NCBI GenBank assembly: GCA_964503265.1
Contig: CAZCYO010000001.1
Coordinates: 226,064 to 290,063 of the forward strand
Origin: an uncultured Gammaproteobacteria bacterium
Lineage (GTDB): Bacteria > Patescibacteriota > Microgenomatia > Levybacterales > UBA12049
Length of the DNA: 64,000 bases
Direction of reading: 5' to 3'
Position 1 is the first letter of the stretch, and each line of letters begins with the position of its first letter. A program made the position numbers and the translations under genes. This document shows positions 1 through 9,389 of the stretch, piece by piece. A model generated the notes under the pieces. It was not told where the DNA came from, made no database searches, and saw only the letters and a list, made by a program, of their open reading frames with translations.

Positions 1-856
1 CAGTTACTATAATTTCTCCTACATAGAACGGAAGTCTTAGTGATGAATTGTTTAAAAATGTATCAAGTGGCTTCAGGAGTCTATGAAATTCAGGACCAAA
101 ATTAGTAAGCATATTATAAACATATCCAATTGGAAGAATTTTTATATGTCTTTGGAATCGAATGTTTTTAAATCCTTGTGAGGTAAGTGCTTTGGTTATA
201 CTCTTTCTACTTGATAGATGAATGTGCTCGACAGGGGAGTAGGGTGGCCAATATTTCCCCATACATTTTGCCATGAGTGAAGAACTATCAGGAGTTTGTA
301 TGATAATTGTCCCATTTTTTTTGAGAAGTTCTGCCGATCGTTTAATAAGTTTTAATGGATCAGTAACATGCTCAACAATCCCAAGTAAACTAATTACATC
401 GTATTTTCTCTGAGGAAATTTGTGATCCATTACGTCAGCCTGGAAAACTTTTCCTGGAAGTTTTTTATTTGCTATTTTTACTGCTTCTTTTTGTAGTTCT
501 AAACCATAGACGTCTGCTCCTTCAGTAGAAAGTAATTCTAAAAATCCTCCCGTAAAACAACCAATATCGAGAACTTTCATTTTTTTCAATGTTACATTTT
601 TTTCTTTTAAATTATTTTTAATAATTTTTACAAAATATGCATAGACATCTTGATATTGTGAAGCATATTTATGGAGAAGTTCATAATTACCCTTTTTAAA
701 TTTACTTGTATAGTGTTTCTTAATACTTTCTATTGTTGGATAAGGATAGGTTGAAACGATGTCGCAGTTGCTACATTTAAAGTAATGATGATCTCTATAA
801 AAGAAAATTTCTTTTTGTTTCTTGCCGCAAATAATGCATGTTTTCAAATCTGCCAT
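1..856 (-). CDS. Class I SAM-dependent methyltransferase with an N-terminal CxxC...CxxC zinc ribbon. The 3' end runs off the window start.
   Basis: Reverse-strand frame is open from ATG at 856 (MADLKTCIICGKK...KCSNCD) through LDIGCFTGGFLELL (methyltransferase motif I) and DVISLLGIVEHV (motif II-like) to position 1 with no stop. Not in the ORF track because it is edge-truncated. Confidence 0.7.
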   Translation of the reverse strand, partial: MADLKTCIICGKKQKEIFFYRDHHYFKCSNCDIVSTYPYPTIESIKKHYTSKFKKGNYELLHKYASQYQDVYAYFVKIIKNNLKEKNVTLKKMKVLDIGCFTGGFLELLSTEGADVYGLELQKEAVKIANKKLPGKVFQADVMDHKFPQRKYDVISLLGIVEHVTDPLKLIKRSAELLKKNGTIIIQTPDSSSLMAKCMGKYWPPYSPVEHIHLSSRKSITKALTSQGFKNIRFQRHIKILPIGYVYNMLTNFGPEFHRLLKPLDTFLNNSSLRLPFYVGEIIVT

Positions 857-948
857 GTGAATAATATGAATGAATTATACGTAAGGACCTCTTATATGTA
901 AACATGCATCTTGTTCTATACTTTACATTTTTATGTATTTCTAATAAG

Positions 949-2022
949 ATGAGCAATATGAAAAAAACACTTATAGTAACCGGGGGATGTGGATTTATTG
1001 GAACCAATATTTGTTTATTGGCAATTAAAAAAGGATATCATGTTGTTGCATTTGATTCTTTTATTCGCCCGCATACTGAAGAGAATGCTGTTATCCTCAA
1101 AGAGTCAGGTGTCGAGATTATCAGGGGAGATGTACGAAGTGAACACGATTTCGAGAGACTACCCAAAAAAGCAAATGGGATTATCCATCTGGCTGCAAAT
1201 CCTGGTATACCATGGTCTATTAAGTGGCCAATGTATGATTTTTCTGTAAACGCTATGGGTACTCTCAACGTATTGGAATTTGCTCGCAAAAACAACTTAA
1301 TTCCAGTTATATTTGCATCAACCAATAAAGTTTACTCAGAAGAAATAAATCTTATTCCAGTTAAAGAAGAAAAAACTAGACATGTCTGGAATTTTGAAAA
1401 AAATGTAAAACCGCCACTGCGAAGCTCAGTTCTTGAAGGTCTTACAGAAAAAGGAGTAAATGAAAATTTCCCTATGGATAGCGCTGGAAAATTCCCACAT
1501 AGTCCTTATGGAGTATCTAAAGCAACAGGGGATCTATATTGTCAAGAATATTATCATATGTATGGTGTTCCGACGGTTGTCAATAGAATGTCTTGTATTT
1601 ATGGTCTATATCAAAAAGGAGTTGAAGATCAGGGTTGGACTGATTGGTTTGTTCAAGCGAAAATACATAATAGGCCACTCAATATTTATGGAGATGGAAA
1701 ACAGGTAAGAGATTGTTTATTTGGTGGAGATGTGGCTGAGTTATATTTATTAGAATTAGAAATGATCGAGAAAGTTAAAGGACAGATTTTTAATGTCGGA
1801 GGTGGAATAACGAATACCATCAGCCTTCTTGAAACAATTACTTACTTAAATGAAAAAGGTGGCAAGCCACTATCTTTATCCTTTAAACCATGGCGCCCTG
1901 CAGATCAAAAGATTTATATCTCTGATATCAGTAAAGTTAAAAAAGCAACAGGTTGGAAACCAAAAACATCAATTGTAGATGGGCTTGATCAAATTTGGAA
2001 TCAATATAATGATAAAAAGTAA
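949..2022 (+). CDS. NAD-dependent sugar epimerase/dehydratase, SDR family, CDP-paratose/tyvelose 2-epimerase-like.
   Basis: Rossmann motif KTLIVTGGCGFIGTN, catalytic YGVSK (YxxxK), length about 360 aa. Start trimmed to MSNMKK just before the Rossmann fold. Confidence 0.75.
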   Translation: MSNMKKTLIVTGGCGFIGTNICLLAIKKGYHVVAFDSFIRPHTEENAVILKESGVEIIRGDVRSEHDFERLPKKANGIIHLAANPGIPWSIKWPMYDFSVNAMGTLNVLEFARKNNLIPVIFASTNKVYSEEINLIPVKEEKTRHVWNFEKNVKPPLRSSVLEGLTEKGVNENFPMDSAGKFPHSPYGVSKATGDLYCQEYYHMYGVPTVVNRMSCIYGLYQKGVEDQGWTDWFVQAKIHNRPLNIYGDGKQVRDCLFGGDVAELYLLELEMIEKVKGQIFNVGGGITNTISLLETITYLNEKGGKPLSLSFKPWRPADQKIYISDISKVKKATGWKPKTSIVDGLDQIWNQYNDKK

Positions 2023-2729
2023 CCCAAATACTTTTTTTTAATTCCATAAAAATACCATCGAATATAATAGCGGATATTACTTTTTAAGGTAAACTGTGAA
2101 GTACCATGCATTCTATCCTGCCATGTAGTTGGTACTTCTGTTATTCTATATCCTAAGTTATAGGCTTTTACTGCTAACTCTAGTGGCATTTCAAACCCTT
2201 CCTTACTTTCGATTTGTATATCTTTCATCACTTTTTTTCTAAAACATTTATATGCGTTTGTTGCATCATTTGTCGGTATTCCTGTTAAAGTCCTCAGTGT
2301 TAGACAACCGAGCCGTGAGAGTAGTCCTTTTATAAGTGGTCCTCCTATATGTTTTCCATCTTTCATATAGCGAGAGGCACAGACGAGATCATATCCTTCA
2401 TTAATTTTTGATACCATTTTATCAATATCTCGTGGATCATCTGATAAATCGGCCATCGATATAACAATAATCTCTGATTTTGCATAATCAATACCAGTTT
2501 TAAGTGCTTTTAACATGCCTTTTCCATCTTTGGTGAAGATGATTGTTAGATTGCTAACGTTATTTTTAATTTTAGTAAGTACTTTGATTGTCGGATCTTT
2601 TTTATCCTGAAGGACAATTATAATTATATGAGGAGTCTTTACATATTTCTCAATACCATTTATTACTTGCTCAATATTTTTCTCTTCATGATAGGTTGGG
2701 AGGATAATTGTAATGGCATTTTTTGTCAT
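2001..2729 (-). CDS. GT2 glycosyltransferase, polyprenol-phosphate sugar transferase (DPM1/ArnC-like).
   Basis: ITIILPTYHEEKNIEQV N-terminal GT-A motif, DLSDDP (DxD-type), about 240 aa, no TM domain. Confidence 0.75.
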   Translation of the reverse strand: MTKNAITIILPTYHEEKNIEQVINGIEKYVKTPHIIIIVLQDKKDPTIKVLTKIKNNVSNLTIIFTKDGKGMLKALKTGIDYAKSEIIVISMADLSDDPRDIDKMVSKINEGYDLVCASRYMKDGKHIGGPLIKGLLSRLGCLTLRTLTGIPTNDATNAYKCFRKKVMKDIQIESKEGFEMPLELAVKAYNLGYRITEVPTTWQDRMHGTSQFTLKSNIRYYIRWYFYGIKKKYLGYFLSLY

Positions 2730-2819
2730 AAAGGCCTCAATTATATGTAATAAATCACAGGAATACAAACTCTTAATACGATGTGTATACTGTATGCAGT
2801 ATTATTTTATAATGAGTAA

Positions 2820-4328
2820 ATGAAAAAATCAGAAAAGGTACTAATTAAGTATAAAAATATACTGACAAAAAATCTTAGTATTGAAAAAATAATCTTTGCA
2901 GCGTGTTCAAGTGTTATTTTCTTTATTCTTCTTTACTTTTATACACACGGTTTTATTCCACATGATGAAGGTTGGATTATTAATCCAGCAGCGCGAATTT
3001 TATATGGAGATATTCCATATCGAGATTTTCATTACATTTATACTCCTGGGGTTGCATATAGTAATGCATTAGTATTTAAATTGTTTGGCATTAGTATTCT
3101 AACTTCTCGTATTTTCACGATGGGAATTGCGTTATTAACAGTGCTTCTTTTTTATAAGATTTCTCTCTCTATTTCTGATAAGCGATACTATTCACTTCTT
3201 CCTATCTCAATTTATCTTACTTGGGGGCCGATGCATATTAATTTCGCATGGCCGATTATCTATACAATTTTTAGTGGATTACTTTGTATTTATCTTCTCT
3301 TAGTTGCAAAGGAAAAAGAAAAAGTTTCTTATTTTTTCTTTGCAGGTGTTGCAGCTGGTCTTACAATCCTTTTTAAACAAAATTTTGGCGCCGCACTGCT
3401 ATGTAACATCATTCTATTTTTTATACTAACTAAGGAGGTTAGGAAAGTGCAATACTTAACTTCTCTTATCGGTGGTGTACTTATTCTCCCGGTTATCATG
3501 TGTATTTATTTTATGATGAACCAGGCATTTATTCCTTTTATTCAAGATATGTACTTTTTTATGATTGATCAAATCTATCTAAAAGGAATGCAAAAAACTC
3601 AATTTATTTACCCGGATATATGGTACAAGCAAATTGCTAAAACATTCTTCTATCTGATACCTCTTATTGTTTCTGGGTATGCAAGTATTATCAGTGTTAA
3701 ATACAATAAATCATTTCTCTTTCTTTCTGGAATGTGCTTCTGGTATTACCTATTTGGTATCCGTCCAACAACTGATTATGTCCATTTAACTGGTCTTATG
3801 GCTTTAATTGGGATACCAATTATTCAAATACTTGTAAGTGATGTTAAACAAATTGTTAAAATAACTCTTTTATTACTTACTGGAATACTTGTTGTGGTTG
3901 GAATATATACCTCTCTTTTCCGAAACTATTATAGATGGGATACACCACTTATATATCAAAATAATTTTATAGAAAACCCCACTGTTCGAATTTCAACAGA
4001 TGCGATTTATATGAAGGTTATTCCTGAAGTGTCGAATTATATAAAAAGTACTACATCACAAAATGATCCGATATTTATCTATACTTTCTCACCTTCTTTT
4101 TATCTCATAACCAATAGGAGAAACCCTACTAAATATATTTTTGCACCCCCACAACTTCTTTCTTTAAACGATCAGGAAGAAATAGTAAAAAACCTTATAG
4201 ATAATAATGTAAAACTTATTTTGGCTGATATTCGACTACAAGATGATCATTCATTTTTATCTCGGTATATTCAGAAACATTATAAAGAAGTGAAGCATGT
4301 GAACAACTATACCTTTTGGAAAAAATAA
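2820..4328 (+). CDS. Polytopic membrane protein, GT-C-fold glycosyltransferase-like (PMT/ArnT-like).
   Basis: More than 10 predicted hydrophobic helices. The first extracytoplasmic loop carries PHDEGW...YGDIPYRDF, an acidic DE motif typical of GT-C enzymes. Confidence 0.5.
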   Translation: MKKSEKVLIKYKNILTKNLSIEKIIFAACSSVIFFILLYFYTHGFIPHDEGWIINPAARILYGDIPYRDFHYIYTPGVAYSNALVFKLFGISILTSRIFTMGIALLTVLLFYKISLSISDKRYYSLLPISIYLTWGPMHINFAWPIIYTIFSGLLCIYLLLVAKEKEKVSYFFFAGVAAGLTILFKQNFGAALLCNIILFFILTKEVRKVQYLTSLIGGVLILPVIMCIYFMMNQAFIPFIQDMYFFMIDQIYLKGMQKTQFIYPDIWYKQIAKTFFYLIPLIVSGYASIISVKYNKSFLFLSGMCFWYYLFGIRPTTDYVHLTGLMALIGIPIIQILVSDVKQIVKITLLLLTGILVVVGIYTSLFRNYYRWDTPLIYQNNFIENPTVRISTDAIYMKVIPEVSNYIKSTTSQNDPIFIYTFSPSFYLITNRRNPTKYIFAPPQLLSLNDQEEIVKNLIDNNVKLILADIRLQDDHSFLSRYIQKHYKEVKHVNNYTFWKK

Positions 4329-4387
4329 CTCATTAACATTACAAAGAATATGATAGAATTGGCCTACAATTCAGCCAAATTAATTCT

Positions 4388-6937
4388 ATGATATCTCCCA
4401 AATTTTCATTTGTTACAACGGTTTATAACGAAGAGAAGACTATTGAGAAATTTCTTGACTCTCTTTTCTTTCAAACTAAAAAAGTTGATGAAATTATTAT
4501 CGTAGATGGAGGAAGCACAGATACTACAGTAGAAAAAATCAAGTTTCAAACCACAAGATTCAAGAAAAAGAATATATCATTTAATTTTTTTGTCAAAAAA
4601 GGAAATAGATCAGTCGGAAGAAATGAAGCGATAAAGCATACAAGTGGTGATATTATTCTTTGCTCTGATGCTGGAAATATTTTAGATAAAAAATGGGTGG
4701 AAAATATTATAAAACCATTTTCTGACGAATCTGTAGATGTCGTAGCGGGATATTATAAAGGAAAAGCATCTAATACTTTTCAGAAATGTTTAATTCCATA
4801 TGTCCTTGTAATGCCAGACAAAGTTGATGAATCTACATTTCTTCCTGCAACACGCTCAGTTGCGTTCACGAAAGCTATATGGAAAAAAGTAGGGAAGTTC
4901 CCAGAAGAATTTAGTCATAACGAAGATTATGTTTTTGCTAATAAACTAAAAGAGAAAAAAGCAAATATGGTATTTGCTCGCGATGCGATTGTATATTGGA
5001 TTCCAAGAAATACCTGGAATGAAGTGTTTGTTATGTTCTTTCGGTTTGCGTATGGAGATACTGAATCGAACATAATTCGAACGAATGTTTTACTTCTTTT
5101 TGCAAGATATTTTCTGGGAGTGTATCTTATTTTTCTTACAATTCTTTATAAGAGTTTATTTGGTATGTTGCTTTTAATTTGCATCATTTTGGTATATGGC
5201 ATTTGGTCAATAACAAAAAATTATCGATATGTGAAAAAAAATAAAGCCCTCTATTTACTTCCATCCATGCAGGTTGTTGCTGATGCAGCTGTTATAAGTG
5301 GGACATCAGTAGCGTGTGTTCGAATACTATTACGGTACAACTATATTTCTTTTGCAAAACGGAATATATTTCTCCTTTTAATGATAAGTATTTATTCATT
5401 TTTGATGATCCTAACGATTCACTCGGGAGCTCCAAATAGTAATCATCCGTACCCTTATAACATGGATGAATGGCACCAGTTACAAGCGGTGCGTGAGACC
5501 TTTATTAAAGGCACTCCAAATACGGCAGGTGCTGCAAATGGAACAATGTTTCACTTTTTCCTATCAGGTTTATATCTAACTCCTTTTGTATTGAGTAAAT
5601 ATATTAGCGTTACAAACATGACGGTTTTTGACTTAGAAATGAGGAGTAAAGTATTTGAGGTTCTACGATTTAGCACAATACTTTGGGGAGTCTTGTCACT
5701 ATTTATGCTTAATAAAATTATTGATTTAACCGGAGCAGCTAAAAAAATAACATTATTCCTTTTTACATTTTGTCCATTATGGTTGAGTTTAAGTGGCTAT
5801 TTTAAATACGATATTGGATTGATGTTTTGGCTACTAGCTGCAGTATATACGCTTATTTATTTTGCAAAAAATCCCACCAATAGAAATTTTATTATTGCAG
5901 CAATCCCATCAGCCCTCTCTTTTGCTGTTAAAGTAAGTGCGATTCCACTTTTCCCAATATTCATAATTTCTTTTTTCTGGTTTCACCCTACATGGAAGCA
6001 GAACATAAAATATTTATTCATTGGAATTTTTATCTATTTAAGTATAACTATTCTCTTTGGAATGCCTGACACGCTATTTGGGAAAGGGAATATTATAGAT
6101 TATTTAATAAATAATATTCTTCAAACGCCAACGACGACAGATAACATTACTTTCGGTATAAATCCATGGGTATATCTTTTCGTTCGTCATTACCCAATTA
6201 TATTTGGACCAGGACTTATCGTAACATTTATTATCTCCCTGTATGTTATTTTATATAATACTCTTAAAGAAGGTCTAAAAAAACATAGCATTGATTTATT
6301 TCTAGTTGTTATGTGTATAGCCTTTATTGCGAGTATCTTACCCTTACAGATTTTGGGAGGAGGGAACAGGAGTTTAGTGATGTTACCGTTTTTTGCATTG
6401 ATTAGTGGGATTGGAATCAATGTGTTAATAAAGCGTAAAAAAAATATAGTATTAGTTGTTTGTTTCATTTTACTAGTTTTTTTTACCCAAGCTTACTACT
6501 CATTTGCTATCGTTTATTTAAAATCAATTCCGTCTCCACAAGAGAATTCCTCATATTGGCTTACTAAACATATTCAGCATCGAGCAATGATAGGACTAGA
6601 AAATATACCAATTTATCAAAATATCCCAGATTTACTGCAAAAAGAATTTTATTTTACTCAATCAAAAGGAGGAAAGAATAATATATTTAATTATGTCGTT
6701 ATTGATAGTAAATCAATAAAACTACCTCCTGTTGTTGTTATAACAAATGATAATATCGAAGAGAAATATATTAAAGCATCTCCTAAAAAAGATTTGATTT
6801 CGCGCTTAAAAAAAGAAAACTACGTTGTTGTTGCTAGGTTTTATCCAGATATTCGCTTTTTAGGACTGAACGATCTTGACTATTCTTTCTCTGCTCTCAT
6901 ACCTTCTCCTTATGTAACATCGGTGTATATTAAATGA
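4388..6937 (+). CDS. Fusion protein: N-terminal GT2 glycosyltransferase, large polytopic GT-C-like membrane domain, C-terminal soluble domain.
   Basis: N-terminus FSFVTTVYNEEKTIEKFL...IIIVDGGSTDTT (GT2). Residues about 230-700 are hydrophobic multi-TM with an MDEW motif. The C-terminal about 150 aa is soluble. 849 aa. Confidence 0.7.
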   Translation: MISPKFSFVTTVYNEEKTIEKFLDSLFFQTKKVDEIIIVDGGSTDTTVEKIKFQTTRFKKKNISFNFFVKKGNRSVGRNEAIKHTSGDIILCSDAGNILDKKWVENIIKPFSDESVDVVAGYYKGKASNTFQKCLIPYVLVMPDKVDESTFLPATRSVAFTKAIWKKVGKFPEEFSHNEDYVFANKLKEKKANMVFARDAIVYWIPRNTWNEVFVMFFRFAYGDTESNIIRTNVLLLFARYFLGVYLIFLTILYKSLFGMLLLICIILVYGIWSITKNYRYVKKNKALYLLPSMQVVADAAVISGTSVACVRILLRYNYISFAKRNIFLLLMISIYSFLMILTIHSGAPNSNHPYPYNMDEWHQLQAVRETFIKGTPNTAGAANGTMFHFFLSGLYLTPFVLSKYISVTNMTVFDLEMRSKVFEVLRFSTILWGVLSLFMLNKIIDLTGAAKKITLFLFTFCPLWLSLSGYFKYDIGLMFWLLAAVYTLIYFAKNPTNRNFIIAAIPSALSFAVKVSAIPLFPIFIISFFWFHPTWKQNIKYLFIGIFIYLSITILFGMPDTLFGKGNIIDYLINNILQTPTTTDNITFGINPWVYLFVRHYPIIFGPGLIVTFIISLYVILYNTLKEGLKKHSIDLFLVVMCIAFIASILPLQILGGGNRSLVMLPFFALISGIGINVLIKRKKNIVLVVCFILLVFFTQAYYSFAIVYLKSIPSPQENSSYWLTKHIQHRAMIGLENIPIYQNIPDLLQKEFYFTQSKGGKNNIFNYVVIDSKSIKLPPVVVITNDNIEEKYIKASPKKDLISRLKKENYVVVARFYPDIRFLGLNDLDYSFSALIPSPYVTSVYIK

Positions 6938-6958
6938 CTCAGCTGATATACTAATTGT

Positions 6959-8200
6959 ATGGGTTATAAATCAAATGCACTAAAAGGTGTTTCATGGATT
7001 ACCTTACTTCGAGGTCTCACAAGAATTGTAACGATTCTCCGTCTTTCTGTATTAGGAAGACTTCTTACACCGGCTGAATTTGGATTTTTCGGTATCGCCT
7101 CACTCCTTCTTTCGCTTCTTGAAATACTTACTGAAACTGGAATAAATGTGTTTTTAGTCCAGGAAAAAAAAGATTTAAAAGAATATATTAATTCTGCCTG
7201 GATTGTTTCCCTTCTGCGAGGAATTATTCTGACAATAGTTATTATTCTTACGGCTCCTATTATTACAAGTTTTTTCAATTCTCCTGAGGCGTTAAATATC
7301 ATATTACTTATTTCTATCGTTCCATTTATTCGAGGGTTTATTAACCCTGAAATAATTACGTATCAAAAAGACTTATCTTTTGATAAAGAATTTCGACTAC
7401 GATTCGTGTTATTTCTAGTTGATGTAGGTGTCTCAATTACTGTAGGGTTTATAACTCGGAGCGCTGAAAGTTTCGTATGGGGATTAATTGCATCTGCGCT
7501 CATTGAGGTGATTCTTTCTTATGTTCTTTTCCCTCTAAGACCAAAGCTTAAAGGCGAACTGGAACAGATAAAACTTATTTTAAGACGGGGATTTTGGGTA
7601 ACGGTAACGGGTATATTTTCTTATTTCGCGGATAATGGAGATAATATTACTGTTGGTAAGTTGTTGGGATCTGGATCACTTGGTATTTATCAAATTGCAT
7701 ATAAATTTTCTACACTTCCAATCAGCGAAATAACCAACGTCGTAAATCAAGTTATTTTCCCTGTATATACCAAGTTTCATAATGATAGAGAGAGATTGAT
7801 AAAAGCTTTTATAAAAGTAACTTTCGCTAGTTCACTAGTCGGAATTGTTTTAGGTAGTGGAATCTTTTTACTTGCTCAACCTATTATTCTTATTTTTATG
7901 GGTGTACAATGGGTAGCTGCTGTTCCCGTGATACAAGTTCTCTCGATTTACGGTATATTGAGAACCATTTTTGGAAGTTTTTCACCTCTTTTTCTTGCTG
8001 TGGGAAAGCAAGATTTTGTGGCTCGAATGCTCTTTTTCCGTGTTGTGACACTATTAGTTAGTATTGTGCCACTAGTTCAGATGTATGGGATGATAGGTGC
8101 TGCATATGCAATGGTTCTTTCAGTACTCATTGAGATACCTATCATCATATTTCTTACCCGTTCTGTTTTTCAAAAGCATAATTTCCCCTCTCCCGCTTAA
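6959..8200 (+). CDS. Polysaccharide biosynthesis protein, Wzx-like flippase (MOP superfamily).
   Basis: 413 aa, about 12 hydrophobic helices, typical flippase architecture. Lies inside the glycosyltransferase cluster. Confidence 0.6.
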   Translation: MGYKSNALKGVSWITLLRGLTRIVTILRLSVLGRLLTPAEFGFFGIASLLLSLLEILTETGINVFLVQEKKDLKEYINSAWIVSLLRGIILTIVIILTAPIITSFFNSPEALNIILLISIVPFIRGFINPEIITYQKDLSFDKEFRLRFVLFLVDVGVSITVGFITRSAESFVWGLIASALIEVILSYVLFPLRPKLKGELEQIKLILRRGFWVTVTGIFSYFADNGDNITVGKLLGSGSLGIYQIAYKFSTLPISEITNVVNQVIFPVYTKFHNDRERLIKAFIKVTFASSLVGIVLGSGIFLLAQPIILIFMGVQWVAAVPVIQVLSIYGILRTIFGSFSPLFLAVGKQDFVARMLFFRVVTLLVSIVPLVQMYGMIGAAYAMVLSVLIEIPIIIFLTRSVFQKHNFPSPA

Positions 8201-8237
8201 GTTAGAATGTTTATGCTTGCTCTGTGTTTAACTAAGT

Positions 8238-9389
8238 ATGTGTAGTATAATTTCTGAAGTTTATATGTCACGTGATTTACAGATTAATAGAAAAGAACGA
8301 ATAGCCTTTTTTCATGAGTTACATGTAGGCGGGGCACGAAGAGCGTGTGATGAATTTGCAACTGCGTTAAAAAATAAATACTTTGTCGATTTATACTATG
8401 TTGATGAAGATGCAGATAAGACTTCAACGAATATTTTTGACCGAGTCTACTTTTCTCCCTTTATTCCTAAACTGTGGAAAGGTGGAAACTGGAAAGTTAA
8501 ATTATATAAAGATACAATTGAACTCTATAATCTGTATAGATTACATAAGAAAATTGCAAAAAAAATTAATAATAAAGATTACTCATACGTTTTTATTCAT
8601 GGTTCAAAGTATACTCAAGCCCCGTTTCTTCTTCGTTTCGTAAACCATAAGAAAATTTATTACTGCCAAGAACCATTGCGAATTGCATATGAAGAGTATT
8701 TTGCAATCGATAAAAACCTTAGTTTTCCTAAGAAAGTATATGAATCAACAATTCGGTATGTCAGAAAGATAATTGATAAAAAGAATGCTCTCTCTGCAGA
8801 TATATTGCTTGCTAACTCAACTTTTACTAAAGAAAATATCTCTCATGCATTTGATCGAGAAGCAGTTGTATGTCATATGGGTGTTAAAACTGAAGTCTTT
8901 TATCCTGAGAAGAAGAAAAAAGATATTGATGTCTTATTTATTGGTTCATATGACTTTATCGATGGTTATTCGTTATTAGTTGACTCCCTCCAGGTATTGA
9001 AAGATAAAAAAGTAAAAGTAAAATATATTACTCGAGAAACAGAATGGATTAGTGATGATGCTATACTTCGTGATTATTACAATCGATCTAAATCTGTGAT
9101 AGCTTTTGGATATAAAGAACCTTTTGGCCTTATTCCCCTTGAAGCGATGAGTTGTGGTACACCAGTTATTGCTTTAAATGAGGGTGGATATAAGGACTCA
9201 GTCATTGAGGGAAAGACTGGGTTTCTTGTTCCTAGAGACAAAAAAGTTATTGCTGAGAGAATAGCATATCTCATTTCTCATCCGACTATAGTTCGTTATA
9301 TGGGTAAAAATGCGAGGCAGCAGATACTTAACCATTGGACATGGTCAGCTAGTTCAACTTACTTAGAAAGTCTATTAATACATGAATAG
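8238..9389 (+). CDS. GT4 (GT-B fold) glycosyltransferase.
   Basis: C-terminal EPFGLIPLEAMSCGTPVIALNEGGYKDSVIEGKTGFLV is the canonical GT4/GT1 E-x7-E region. Confidence 0.8.
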   Translation: MCSIISEVYMSRDLQINRKERIAFFHELHVGGARRACDEFATALKNKYFVDLYYVDEDADKTSTNIFDRVYFSPFIPKLWKGGNWKVKLYKDTIELYNLYRLHKKIAKKINNKDYSYVFIHGSKYTQAPFLLRFVNHKKIYYCQEPLRIAYEEYFAIDKNLSFPKKVYESTIRYVRKIIDKKNALSADILLANSTFTKENISHAFDREAVVCHMGVKTEVFYPEKKKKDIDVLFIGSYDFIDGYSLLVDSLQVLKDKKVKVKYITRETEWISDDAILRDYYNRSKSVIAFGYKEPFGLIPLEAMSCGTPVIALNEGGYKDSVIEGKTGFLVPRDKKVIAERIAYLISHPTIVRYMGKNARQQILNHWTWSASSTYLESLLIHE

